DNA from: Podospora anserina
Lineage: Eukaryota
NCBI GenBank assembly: GCA_017654855.1
Contig: CM030332.1
Location: 4,402,001-4,466,000 of the forward strand
Direction: 5' to 3'
DNA length: 64,000 nt
Part shown: one piece after another, positions 1-12,591 of the stretch
Layout of the letters: each line of letters starts with the position of its first letter
Position numbering within the stretch: the stretch's first letter is position 1
Program-made: the position numbers and the translations under genes
The notes under the pieces: model-generated
The model's input: the letters and a program-made list of their open reading frames with translations, nothing else
Databases searched by the model: none
What the model was told of the DNA's origin: nothing

Positions 1-1039
1 TTCAACCACTCCCATGTGATGGGAGGGTCAGACGTACCGCGCGTGGGTGGCATGGAGGATCAGTTTGGAGATCTCTTTCAAGCGCCTGCAGTTTGGAACG
101 TCAACATCCGCCTTTCTAGAATTTCGAGAGTAAGGCAGCCCGACCATCTTAAGAGATATGGCGCCGTGTTCGCAGGGCTATAAGGGTTTGGTATTCAAAG
201 AACGCTTCAGGTGTTCGGGGTAGGGTTGCCAGTTTGGCGAACAGCATCAGCGTGGTTCCTAATCCTTAAGTAGAGTGGAAACAATGATGTCAGGATCCCT
301 GTCATAAATCAAAGAGCCGCTAGCTGTCCGCTGTGAGACAGCGGACCATGGCACTTTGGGAACCGTATGTAGAGCCCCCAACTCGCCGATCCCTTCTGGA
401 TTATTGTACTGCTGGAGAGTTTTTCTGCTTGAATAAAAAGCCCCTACTAGGTAGGGTTGATGTTATGTCTTGCTTGGGCTTTCCTTCCCGCCCGTCAGTT
501 AACCCCAAAACCTTAATTCAACTTGAGCCCCACCAAGCCTCTGCCTAGCTGCAACAACCGCCCCGCGCAAACGAACCGCCACATCCCACCTTTTGTCGCC
601 AGCGTCAGTTCACAGTGCAGCTTTCCGATTACTTCCTCTCCTCCACAGTACTCATCTCCCCCTTCGTCCAAACCATCGATCACTGAAAGGTTCACATCCC
701 CTAGGTGAATCCCAAATCGGCCGCGACACTCCGCTCAGGTACGTCGTAAGCGCTTCCTCTGCCCCTCCATCCCGTAGGCGACTTCGCGCCCAGGGCAGCT
801 CCCGTTCCTCTCCAGGCACAGGCACAGGCACCCCTAGGCACGCGCGCTTCCCATCTCCCGAAGTCGCCCATTATCTGCAACTCGCCCCTCCGAGCAGCCT
901 ACTTCTCCTCCACTCACTTCCACACAATCCGAGTTGCCACAGCCCAACAAAGACATTTTTCGAATCAAGAAGGGCTAATTTCCCACGCTCACAGCTCACC
1001 TTCTCACCGACGACAACCAACCCCTCTCAAGAATTCGCA

Positions 1040-1454
1040 ATGGCCGACGCTGCGGAGAACGGTTCCCCTGGCCAGGGCCCCGATGTCCCCCAGGGTGGCA
1101 GCGAGCACCTCAACATCAAGGTGACCGACAACAACAACGAGGTCTTCTTCAAGATCAAACGAAGCACCAAGCTGGAGAAGCTGATGACTGCCTTCTGCGA
1201 ACGCCAGGGTAAGACCATCCAGTCGGTCAGGTTTCTCTTCGAAGGCCAGCGTGTCCAACCTTCCGACACCCCAGATACGGTATGTTTGTTTGCCCCTGGA
1301 CGCTTCAGGCTTTTCATGCTCTTCGTCCATTGCAGTTATACTTGGGGCAGGGCAGTTCACTAATCGATTTGGTCTACGTTGGTTTTAGCTCGAAATGCAG
1401 GATGGGGACACTCTCGAGGTTCACCAGGAACAAGTCGGTGGTGGTGGTCTCTAG
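1040..1454 (+). CDS. SMT3: SUMO (small ubiquitin-like modifier)
   Basis: Exons 1040-1279 and 1389-1454 (intron GTATGT...CTAAT...TAG). Spliced protein MADAAENG...EHLNIKVTDNNNEVFFKIKRSTKLEKLMTAFCERQGK...VRFLFEGQRVQPSDTPDTLEMQDGDTLEVHQEQVGGGGL is a typical SUMO fold with a C-terminal diglycine. Probable 5'UTR intron at 739-994. Confidence 0.97.
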
Positions 1455-2179
1455 ACATTCAAGAAAGCCTTTCTTCCCCGATCCTTTTGGGATTGTGGGG
1501 CACTGCAAACTGGGAAAATCGTCTGGACATGTCTTGACCTCATATAAGTGGGCGGTAGATTTCCATGATGAGTCAGCGGAGCGAAGGAGAGCATTGGCAT
1601 TCATGGCTTAACAGTGGTCACAGTCGTTGGTGCACAGGCACAGTACCAATGAGGTGGGAACAAGTCAACATCGGATGGGATGGATGGTGTTATCTTGGGC
1701 GGCCCGGTCTTGATGAAGGCAGAGATGATTGTCATCTCTGGCTATTGCGATGTTCTTTTTGCCAGTGGAAGGATTCTGATTCTGGCGCATTTCGGGGCGT
1801 AGTACTATGACACAATTTACGGAAAGTCAACTTTGCAATAATTCTGATCTTTTTGCTGCTGATTTTGTGACTGCAAAGTTCTGCTTGTGCAGTACAACAA
1901 TCGCCTTGCTCCTCCTGAATGTAAAAGTGAGAAAGAATTCATGTTGGCGATTTTGCAAAGTCAATAACGCCAGATCTAGGGACAGACTTTGATTTATTAT
2001 GCCTTCCTCCGTTAAAACCCCAAGCCCCATTCCAACACAAAAATAGACAGGTAGATGCTTGACCCGCTCACTGTATTCAAGTAAGCCATGCAACAAAACA
2101 GCAAAAACACGATTCATCGGCCATGATCATCATGTAACCATAAAAGGGCACCCATCACACCCATGGATGCAATCAATCC

Positions 2180-4892
2180 TCAAGCCTTGAGCTCAGCCTC
2201 CATGCACCTGGTACACAGAACAACCGTCTCGCCCGGCGCTCCACGCCCCTCCTGGGGGAAAATCTGGCCGTCGTCAAACCCGCCGTGGCAGGAAGCGCAG
2301 CGGAAGCACTCGTCATGCCACTCGCCGCCCAGCGCCCGAATGTATTGTCCGATGACAGCCTTCCTGCAGGCGCGGCACTTGGGCGCCCTCCGCTCTGTGC
2401 GCTTCGTCTGGCAAGAGACACACCACGCATAGCCGTCCTTTTCGATGTGCGTCATGCCCTTTTCAAACGGATCACCGCACTCGGCGCAGAAAAAGTGACC
2501 AAAATGCCAGTGTGAGCCCAGCGCCACAACATGTTCACCCATGATGGGCGTTTTGCAGTGCTTGCACCTTGGTGCAAACAGTTCGTGCCAGTCGAGGTGG
2601 CAGAAGAAGCGCAAGCGTTCGTCGCCGTCCTCTGCTTCCGTCTCGCCCGGCTTTTCGGGGAGTATCTCGCCAGCAGCGCGGCGAGAGATGCGCTCGAGGC
2701 GCTGGGCACGATAGTGATCTGGCTCGGGAGAAATCTCCAGTGCCTCGAGGGAGGTCCCGCAGGAAAAGCAGGTGAAGCACTGCGGGTGGAATCGCTCTGA
2801 GCTACCTGCCAGTGAGACGAAGCGGCCCTCGATGAAGTGGCCGCACTCGTGGCAGCGAGCCGTCGCCCTGCTGCCCACGGGCCTAGGGTCAGGAGTCCAG
2901 TGTCCTCTAGGACGGGCTGCAGCCTGCCTGACACGAGGCGCTCCTGGTTGAGGAGTGGGGAGTGGCCGCCGCGAGCCGCCACTATTATTCGTACTCGCGC
3001 TGTCGTCCGGGGTCACGATCACGGGGATACTCGGACCGTCATCGGCATCGTCAGGCGCGATTACGATGGACGGAACTGGCGGGGCAGCGGGCGAGGAGGT
3101 GTCCGACACCAAAATCGAGGGAACAGCAGGCCCATCTACTTGAATAGTGGGCGGCGCTGGTTGTGGGCGGCGGAACGGCGAGCGGCGCGTAGGCGGCGAT
3201 GGGGTCGGAGAATCATCCGAAACAGAAATAGAAGGGATCGGCGGCGCTTGCTGCTGGGCTTCTTTGGACTGCTTGGAGAGGATCCGGCCGGGGACGAGGC
3301 ACACGGGATGCTGGGCTTCGATGCCTCGTCCGGACCTCGTCGAGTCTGACTTATCGTCAGTAGCCTCCTCATGGGGCTTCCAATTCTTATCAAAGCTTAC
3401 GATTGGTCGCCCCGGAACGTCACTGACGGCAGATGGCGTGGGTAGCGCTGGACTACGGTCTTTGAGCTTCATAGTGGTGGCCTGCCGAATCTCGTCGCTC
3501 CGAACCTCGATACCGTGCTTTCGAGGCACGTCCTCACGCACCACAGGAGCTTGTGGGCGCGAGTTTGTGGTATAAGCAGGATTCCTCGATTGGGTTGGGG
3601 GGTTGCGATGAATCTCAAATCTATTGATGCGCTTTTGGGGGGACGGCGGAGACGTGACCGCAACCGATTGTGCCTCGGGAGCAAACTGCACACGGTTTAA
3701 CGGGTTCTTTGGCTTTGACTGCAGGGCCTGAGCTTTCCCATCTTGTGGGAACGGATCTTCAGCACGCTCAGCTTCCTGGCTGTCGGGTTCTTCCCAGATC
3801 TGATCACCAGAAAAGGGCTTTTGGACTTCGCCACTGATGTTTCTCTTGAGGCTGCTTCGACGGCGCCCCGCTGGCCGAGGCCCTGCGGGAGCCGCGACTC
3901 CGTTGTACGTCTTTGCATTCTGAGCCTCAGCTGAACCCCCCCGCAACGAATCGAGACTTCCTCGCCCACTGTCGACCGGATGAGCCGAGGTGAAAGACGA
4001 ACGACTTCTGATAGACGCAGGCCCATCTTCACCTTCGCTCGAGCTGCCGGAAACTGACGCAGAAGTAGAATTTCTCGCCAGTCCAGTTGGAGCAACATCA
4101 TTGCCATACATGCCCACGCTCGCCGTACGTGCGTGCGCATAGCTGTCCTTGCGAAGGTGGGATTTGTATCGATAAGGGGTGCCCGGCTGAGGCACTTTGC
4201 CAGGATTCTGGTGCTGCCATACCAGCTCGGCAGCCTCGTCGAGAGCAGCGTTGTAAAGCCGCTTTTCATCCTCATCCTCGGCAACCGGCGCACCATCTTC
4301 CTTTACTTCCTCATCTTTGACTGTCATATCCTCCATAGCCTGCCGCAGCGAAAACGCCTCCTCCTTTTCCATCCATCTCTGACCCCGTTCGATATAGGTT
4401 GCACTTGGTACGACGTCTGACGGCTTCAACGGCTGGACCGGGCGGTTCGGGTAATAGTCTCTCCCCCGGGTTCCCGCTGAAAATCTTGATGATATACTGG
4501 CGGACATGGACGGCAGACTTGCGGAGGGCCCTATCCCGCTGACTTCTGAGTGGGGCCCTTGCTGCTGGCTGTCGTTGTGATGATGGTGGCGAAGTGACGA
4601 TGTTTCGGAAGCTGGCATGGCTCCCACGGACGGGCGACTAGGGGGTAGCCCGGCTACATCTCGTTGCTTTGTGGGGGAGGTGGGAAGAGGACGAGCACCG
4701 CCGGGCCGGTTGATGCGGTTGTTGCGCAGGTCTGCCAGGTACGCGGCTACATATTTCATCAGCATCAGTTGCGGCGGCAGTCGCCAGATTGCATGCGCAC
4801 ATACCGAATTGCTCGTTCGACATGTACGAAGGTGACGGCGGCGTCACTTTCCGGGGAGAGCCCCGTTCCCTGGGCTTACTGTGTGCAAACAT
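2180..4892 (-). CDS. LIM-domain protein (paxillin-like, three C-terminal LIM domains)
   Basis: Exon 1 4892-4805 (MFAHSKPRERG...NEQF), intron 4804-4747, exon 2 4746-2180 in frame. The C-terminus has LIM patterns CHEC...HPQCFTCFSC, CKHC...HFGHFFCAEC and CRAC...HDECFRCASC after a Pro/Ser-rich disordered region. Confidence 0.9.
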
Positions 4893-6345
4893 CAGTCCTC
4901 CTCCTGGGGCTGTAGGGGTTCGTTTCGGGGTGTTGTCGTCGAGGTAAGGATAAAACTATTGTGATCGTAGTAGCTGTAGCTGCGGTGCTGTGTCCAGTGT
5001 AGTGTAGATGGTCTCGGAAACCAGGTGGAGAGGGCAGGCATCAAGACGTCAGGTGAATTTATGCTCGGGACTACAATAGCTGGTTGTTTATCATATACAG
5101 CGGCGGTGTTTCAACGAGGTTGCTAGGCAGGGCGGCGGGTGCGCCGGTGAGCCAGGGATGTCGGCGGATTGGAGGTGAGTCAAGAACGGGGGAGGGCGGG
5201 AAAGGGCGAGAAAAGGGCTGGTCGAAGCACCTAGAGTTGCAGTCTGGAGCTGTGAACAACAGAGATGCACCGAGATTTCGGCCCTGCCATTGGACCACGC
5301 AATGTGACAAACAACGGGGGTTCCCCAGGCGACCATCCACTTTCGGCAAGCGCTAGAACCTGGAAGATGCCGCGACCAAGAGTGCGTGCAGCCGGTACGT
5401 ACCTGGTTCAAGGTTGGCGATTGGCGGCTGAAAGTTTAGAAACAAAAATCACGCGAAACAGGGATTTCCTAGAAGCCTTTTCAGCCTTGCCTGCTGTCAA
5501 GAAATATGATGCGAATGGCGTCAGGGCGCCAGACAGAAGTGGCCGACTTGGCCTGCAGTGGACACATCTGTCATTGCCCAACAGCAGTCCACGGTTGCAG
5601 AGATGCAAGAGAGCACATGCTGGTGCTACTGCATGTTGGCAAGCAAGCACCGACAGCCGGGCTCTCCCGCCTCCCCCGCACCACTTATTCCCGACTGAGG
5701 TGGTGTTGGAATCTGGATTCTTCAGTAGCTTTGTTTCTTGGAGCCCAGCTTCTGCCCAATCCGCACTGATGACTCTCTCTACCTTGAATACCTCATCGGA
5801 ACCGCCAGTCTAGTGTACATACATGAAGCTTCTCTTCTGACGTTAGCTCTACCAGGCTTGGCATCTCTTGCCATGCCAGAGTCCAGACTGACCACCCTGG
5901 TGGATGTGGGTGTCATTGAAGAGATCCGCTTTGCCGAGGCGGGTTGGGACTGTCCAGGATCAAATCCATCGACCTTTGTCAGGTGGAGAGCAGGTAACAG
6001 GGTGCCCGTCCTCGGCCGAGTCCCAGGCATTCTCCCATGTATTATTGACTAAGACGTATCGAGTCGGTATGGTGATATCTTTTTTTTTCCGCAGTTTGTC
6101 ATCCTTATTCCCATCCTAGGCCGGTGACAGGCCTTGCGGATATCTTACCCGGTCTGTTGTTGATCGGGCATGAGGGGTCGCTCCTAGTTTCGTCTTCTTT
6201 TTATTGATTTAGTTTTGTTGCTGGTACTGTCTTTGAACTATCCACAACTTTTAGCGATTATTAATTGCCATGAACTGGATGCGTTTCCAATAATCTCTTG
6301 GTTTTTTTCTCGCTCGCTTTTTAAACCCTTCCCCAAGCCTTCGCA

Positions 6346-8191
6346 ATGATCCCGAGTTCGCCTGTCCCAGGCAGGTTGCCGGGCACGTCAGCCCCTGAGA
6401 CTGGGCTGGTCGATGTTGAGGGAACCACGAGATCTGGAAAGGAAGAGATAACAGGGGAAAGTGACTCTTCCGAAGTGAAAGAATTCAAGGAAGGTGGATA
6501 TGGCTGGTTAGTTTGCTAGCACTCTCCCATCAGTCTTCCTGCCAATCTGACAATGTATTCTCTAGGATGGTTGTCTTCTCAGTCGCCTTGGTCAACGCTC
6601 ATACATGGGGCCTAAACTCATCATATGCCGTGTTTCTTGCCTATTACTTGCGCTCTGGAGATATCGCTGGCTCTTCACCGCTTGCCTTTGCTTTTGTTGG
6701 CGGTCTCTCAATCTCGATCTGTGAGTCCATCCACACAGCAGCTCGCTTACCCAGGTTGCTTTTGACTGACACCTGTCACTCTTTTCAGCGCTGCTCGTCT
6801 CTCCACTGGTGACATGGTGTATAGGGAGGTTTGGAACCATACCTACGTTTCGGATAGGGGTTGTGTTCGAAGCGTGAGTCGGATCACTCTGATATCCAGC
6901 AATGCCTCCATGCTAACTCTCATCAAGCATCTCATTTGTGGGAGCTTCCTTTTCGACTCACATATATCACCTAATCCTAAGCCAAGGAGTGTGTTTTGGA
7001 ATTGGTTTGGGGTTTTGTTTTACAGCAACAGTCGGTGTAGTGCCCCAGTGGTTTGTTAAGCGACGTTCCTTTGCCAACGCTGTGGCGACATCTGGCTCTG
7101 GATTTGGTGGCCTCACATACTCCTTGGCCACCAATGCCATGATAACCAACCTGGGGCTGCCATGGGCTTTCAGAATCCTCGCCATTGTGGCGTTTGTGGT
7201 CAACGGTGGGTGCAGCTTGATCCTCCGTGATCGCAACAAGGCGGTCGGGGCGAAGCATGTGCCCTTCCATCTGGATCTCTTCAAACTACCTGAATATTGG
7301 CTATTCTTGGGTTGGGGCTTCTTTTCTCTCATGAGTTATGTCATTGTTGTATTTTCCATCACGGACTATGCTCAACAAGTTGGCTTCAGTGCCAGCCAGG
7401 GTTCCCTGGCTGCCGCCATCTTCAACTGTAAGTGGGCCACTTCTCTTCTCTTGCTCAAACAACTGTGCATACATACAAGATGCTAATTCATTTGGGGCTG
7501 GCAGTATCGCAAGGCATTGGAAGACCTCTCATTGGATTCGCCAGTGACCATGTTGGGAGACTCAACGTCGCTGGCCTCGGGACGCTCACCGCCGGCGTGG
7601 TTGCTTTCTTCTTGTGGGTCTTCGCCGGGAAGTCGTACCCAGGGTTGATCATATACGCCCTGTTCGGGGCGTTTGCCGGCATCATCTGGCCTTGTGTGGC
7701 TCCCGTTGGAGCTGAGGTGGTCGGTCTCTCACTACTACCTGCTGCTCTTTCAATTTATTGGCTTGTTCTCGTTCTTCCAGCCACCTTGTAAGCTTCCATT
7801 CACTTGGCCATGCATTTCTGCCCCACAGTGACTGACGCAAATCGCTGAACAGTGCCGAAGTGATTGGTCTGATGCTGAGAACATCTGGCGTTGATGGATA
7901 CCTGAATGTCCAGATTTTCACGGGGGTCATGTATATTGCCTCTTTCGTGTCCAGTACGTTCCTTTTTTCTTCAAACCTGTCTGCATTGTCACAATACATT
8001 CTAATTGCACGCGTTCTTTCATAGTCTGGCTTCTGAGGAGTTGGAAACTTCAACAAATGGAAATTTTGGGAACAATGGATGATCCGCTGGCGGTCGAGGC
8101 GCCCAATGCTGTCCAGTCGGGGGCAAAATCATCTGAAAACGGGCGTCCACGTTCGTACATCATGAATATGTTTGTTTTCAGGCATGTATAG
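6346..8191 (+). CDS. MFS transporter, monocarboxylate porter (Mch-like) family
   Basis: About 7 exons. N-terminal EGGYGW motif, hydrophobic TM segments, VVPQWFVKRRSFANAVATSGSGFGG and GRPLIGFASDHVGRLN (MFS motif A-like). The last exon ends ...MFVFRHV-TAG at 8191. Confidence 0.88.
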
Positions 8192-8482
8192 CAAGCAACG
8201 AGTACAAAATAGCTTCAGAATAATATTGGGAGGTCTGCGAATACAACCAACGGGCCCTGCGATACTACTTATAGGCCTTCCGAGGTGATCCGTCGATGTT
8301 AAAAGTTGTCAATGTCTTCTGACAAACCTATTGGATGCCTTGGAATGTGTCGATCTAACTTGACATCTCTATCATCTTGTCCACAATGTGTACCCCCAGC
8401 TACAAAACTATTACACCACCCAACGAATGAGAAGCTGTCCCACACAACTGGCTTTTCTTCCCTTCATCTTCATCTTCACCTT

Positions 8483-10838
8483 CTAAGCACTTGATAGCTC
8501 TATCGCCTTCGCCTTAGCCGCCTCGAAATCGTCAAAGGCGTAAAGCGGGAGGCCACTTTCCTCGATGAGTTTCTGTCCCTCCTTCTCGTTGGTCCCTCGA
8601 ATCCGTACCACGACGGGCACGCGTGGCGAGAGCTCCTTGAAAGCCATTATGATGCCGTTGGCGATCATGTCCCCCAAAGTCAGCCCGCCAAAAATATTCA
8701 CAAATATCACCCGGACCCTTGGATCTTTCAAGATAACCTCGAAGCCGTGCTTGACCGTCTCGCTAGTTGCTTTCCCGCCAGTATCGAGAAAATTAGTTGC
8801 GTGGCCCCCCAGGGCATCGACCGTGTTCATGGCGAGCCCTGCGCCATTGACCAAGGTTCCGATGGTCCCGTTACCCTCCAATTTGATGTATATAATGCCA
8901 CTCTTTTCCGCCTCGAGCTCAGAGGCATCCTCCACGGCTGTGTTTCTCAATTTCTGCAACTCGGTCTGCCGTCCGCAGCTTCGATAGGCTGCGTCGTCAA
9001 AGCCGAAGCGAGCACCAACCACCTTGATCTCACCAAGACGTTCCACAATCTCTGTCTCCATCAGATATGCCTCCTTTTCGTAAAATATGTCTGATAGTCT
9101 GTGGACAAGACGGCGGAGAGATTCATGGGCACTTTCCTTGAGACTGATGTGCAGGCGACTGGCAACACGCTCAATGGCAAGCTCGTCTGGACCGTGGCGA
9201 TAGTCGAAGGAGTAACGTTTTACCATCTTCTCGATCTGATCGTCATCCACGGTAGGAGCCGCAAGAATACACGGTGATCTGGTCGAACGATCGACCCCTA
9301 TGGCTAAGAAGCGCCTAGTGCCTAGCCCCGAGTAATGGCCGCAGTTAAGGCCTGCTTCGCGCAGCAGATCCATACAGTCGTCCTCGGACAATGTCAGGTG
9401 GCGCCGTTGCTGTGTGCACGGCTTTGCTAGAAACCGAGTCCTCGTTTGAGGTCTACGGACAGCCGTGTGGATCTGTCTACGCTGGTTTCCCAATTTGCCG
9501 CGACCAGCTGGGGAGTTCACCCCGTGTGTAGACCCTCCCAATCTTGCCTTGAAAGCTTCACCAAACTGACCTGGGTGTGTCACCATTGTCACACCAGCAG
9601 ACACCAGCGCTTCTATCTTCTCCTTCGCATCAGGTTCCCCAGCGATAGTGAAAGCTCCGGCATGACCCATGATACGACCGCGTGGCTCGTGAATCCCAGC
9701 GATAAGCCCGACTATTGGCCTATGGTTGAGCTGTTAGCTGACACAACCTGTGTAACGGCCATAATAAACCTACTTTGGAGTTTGTGTGCGAGAATGATAG
9801 TCTCGAATCCTATCCAGCGAGGTCGTTGTCAGCACACGAACACGGAATAGAAATGAAGGATTGGAAAAACAAGTCGGAATAATACCATTCGGCAGCATCC
9901 AGCTCACCCAAACCGCCGATTTCCCCGATTACAGCAATAGCCTCCGTATCACTGTCATTTTCTAAGACAGTGAAAGCCTCCCTCAGGTCTGTACCGGGAA
10001 CAATGTCACCGCCCACGCCTATACAAAGGCTCTGCCCAAGACCAGCTCTCGTGGTTGACGCCACAGTTTCATAGCTCAGCGTACCTGATTTAGCAATGAT
10101 TCCAATCTTCCCTGGCGAGAAGCAAGGCAAGGGCTGGAATCCTGGGACAATGTGACGTTAGTTCTCAGTACAGTAAGTGTGGATGTTGATATGGGCCATA
10201 TGCACACCGATTCGACACTTTCCCACGGCGGAGATGATCCCTGGGGAGTTTGGACCGACCAGGCGAGACTTGGATTGAGTCTTTAAGATAGAATGAATCT
10301 TTGAATGTCAGCATATTGGTTTTGGGATTTTCAGCAGTGGCGGCTCGCTTACTCGAAGCATGTCGTGCAGAGGAATATGCTCTGCTACTGCCACGATCAA
10401 AGGAACCTCGGCTTCAATGGCCTCCTCGATAGCACCTGGGGCCTGATGAGCTGCTACATAGATCGCTGTTGCATCTGGTTTGAGTTCTTTCATGGCCTAT
10501 CAGCTAGGTTAGCAGGGACTTGGGTGAGAGCACAGGCAGAGCACACAGACTGACTGAACCGTGGGGAGCACCGGAAGCCCGAGATGTTCTCCGGTCCGGC
10601 CGGGCCTCACGCCTCCAACAATGTTGGTCCCCCAAGCGATCGAGTCTTTGGCATTTGCTGTTGCCTGCTTGCCCGTGAAGCCTTGGAACATGACACGGGT
10701 GTGTGCTCCTATACGGAGATTGGGAAGAGTGTCGGCATAGCTCTGCAGTCTCACTGTTGTTCCAAAGTTTCGGCGCAGGGCTTGCTGCCGCGGCACGACG
10801 AATCGGGGCCCATATCGGATAGGCTGAACAACACGCAT
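8483..10838 (-). CDS. Succinyl-CoA synthetase-like alpha-beta fusion protein, mitochondrial-type, with truncated ATP-grasp
   Basis: Six exons. Arg-rich N-terminal presequence, then alpha motifs [41 protein letters not shown] and MGHAGA (phospho-His site). The same exon continues without a stop into beta motifs [34 protein letters not shown] and [10 protein letters not shown]. Confidence 0.9.
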
Positions 10839-11142
10839 TTTTTGGGGGATAAAGGGTTTCTAAGTATTTCAGAGTGGTGATGGTGTATATGGGAGACAAA
10901 CTCCCGGACAGGTAATACTGAATGTGAGCGCCAGCGCCTGTTGGCCGATCATATCCCACGATCAAGCCGAGGTATTTGGGTGTCGAAAAGAGGGACCGGT
11001 ACCAGTCGAGCATCGACGAACAAGATGCGTAAGTCGACTTACAGCCCAGAGCAACCATGTGGACGTCCCCAGACCCCGCAAACTAGCCCCTGTCGAAAAC
11101 GGCCGCATGGCATGGTGGGGTCATGCACATGTCATAACAAAA

Positions 11143-11657
11143 TCACCACTGAAGCTCGCCCTTGACGCCGTTGGTGTTGGCCCCAGCCTGGCTGGGAGTT
11201 TTGTCCTCCTTAAACCCCAGGTTTTTGAAGTCGTCTTTTGCCATCAAATTACTACAAGTCCAGAACCGTCAGCTTCCCAAAACAAGTACTGCCATCGCAT
11301 CTTTGGCGGTTGAGGAGTGACGAACTGGTCCATCCGACACCCAAGATATGACTTGGCCAGTTGCCGGCATTCGTCCTGGTTGACGCCTTTGACCTTCTTG
11401 ATACAGCTTAGGTAACTCATCATGACATCTTTGCACTCTCCTACAAGTACGAGCGGCCATGAGTAAGACATATGGCAAACCATCGATCGGTCATGAAGTT
11501 GGACTAAACATACCGTCATGATCAAGGGGAAAACTCCCTCTTTGTGGTCTTGTGACAGGGGCGTAATGTCAGTGTCGATTGTAAAATTATAAAACAGTGC
11601 TACTCACGGGGTGGGCTTGGTATTTGGGAGAGCCCCAGGGCTTCCGAAGGTACTCAT
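11143..11657 (-). CDS. COX19: Cytochrome c oxidase assembly protein Cox19 (twin CX9C)
   Basis: Four exons splice to [66 protein letters not shown]...NLMAKDDFKNLGF. The [15 protein letters not shown] signature and two CX9C motifs are present. Confidence 0.93.
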
Positions 11658-12591
11658 AGTGACTGGTGAAAGGCAAGTGTCTGAGAGGTTGTTCGAGGCA
11701 GCTGCGTACAGAAAAGCCTGCTATCGAATTGTTATTCTGGTTGAGATGGTTGGTCATTTACACTACCTATAGTTCATGAAGTGTCTGTTGCCGGCTGATC
11801 GAACCTGGTAACTCAACTGGGTGCCGGCCCGACTGCGGGATTACCTAAAGTTAGGTACTGGCAGCCACACCTAAGAACCCAGCCACACTCACACTCGAGG
11901 TAGCAGGTGAGGTAGCAAGTGTAGCCTCAGGCATTACCGGCGGCGGCCAGAAAAGCCCAAAGTCTTGTTTTCCTCACTGTTCTTCGCCAAGGCCAGCGCA
12001 CCTTGTTCGCGGTGGGTCAGCCTGTGACGACGCGCTTGTCCGTATCGGTAATGTGCACCACTTCGCACAAGCACTTCAACCTCCAACTTTTTTGTGGCTA
12101 CCCACTTGAACGGCCAAGTCCCGAATCGCCCCAATTTAATCCGCAGCTACGGAGTAGATTTTTGGCATCCACCCGCACCTTGGGCATGAACAGAGGGCAT
12201 CCCTCGTCTCTCTCGAGCTGCTAACGGCCAGGCGAAACAAACCCCCCTTCCTGTCTCTCCTTGTCAGTCTTTTTTCTCCCAAGAGCCGCGACCAGGCGTC
12301 CGCTGCTCCCTTTCTTTCCCTCATCAACGACTGACGATTTGCCCTTCAGCCAGCAGTGCGAGCATTGCGTCCCACCTGCTCAACCCATCACACACACCAC
12401 CACCACCCACCACCCACCACCCACCACCATCACCGCCCGCCACCTCAACTGGATCCTCGCTCGCTTTTCTCGCTCGCCCTGCTACCAGTAGCGCAGCTCC
12501 CGGTCCTTCACTGGCCCGCCCAACCGACCTAGCCATCTCTCCTAGATCACCACTTCAAGTTTCTTGTGGCCCTGCACAGAAAATCGCTATC

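Noticed and set aside
593-1039. Long N-terminal extension of SUMO in the ORF track
   Set aside because: It starts at a non-ATG codon and spans a probable 5'UTR intron (739-994). The real ATG is at 1040.
8483-10838. ATP-citrate lyase as the identity of the SCS-like fusion
   Set aside because: ACL has beta-then-alpha order plus a citrate-synthase-like domain. This gene is alpha-then-beta and lacks that domain.
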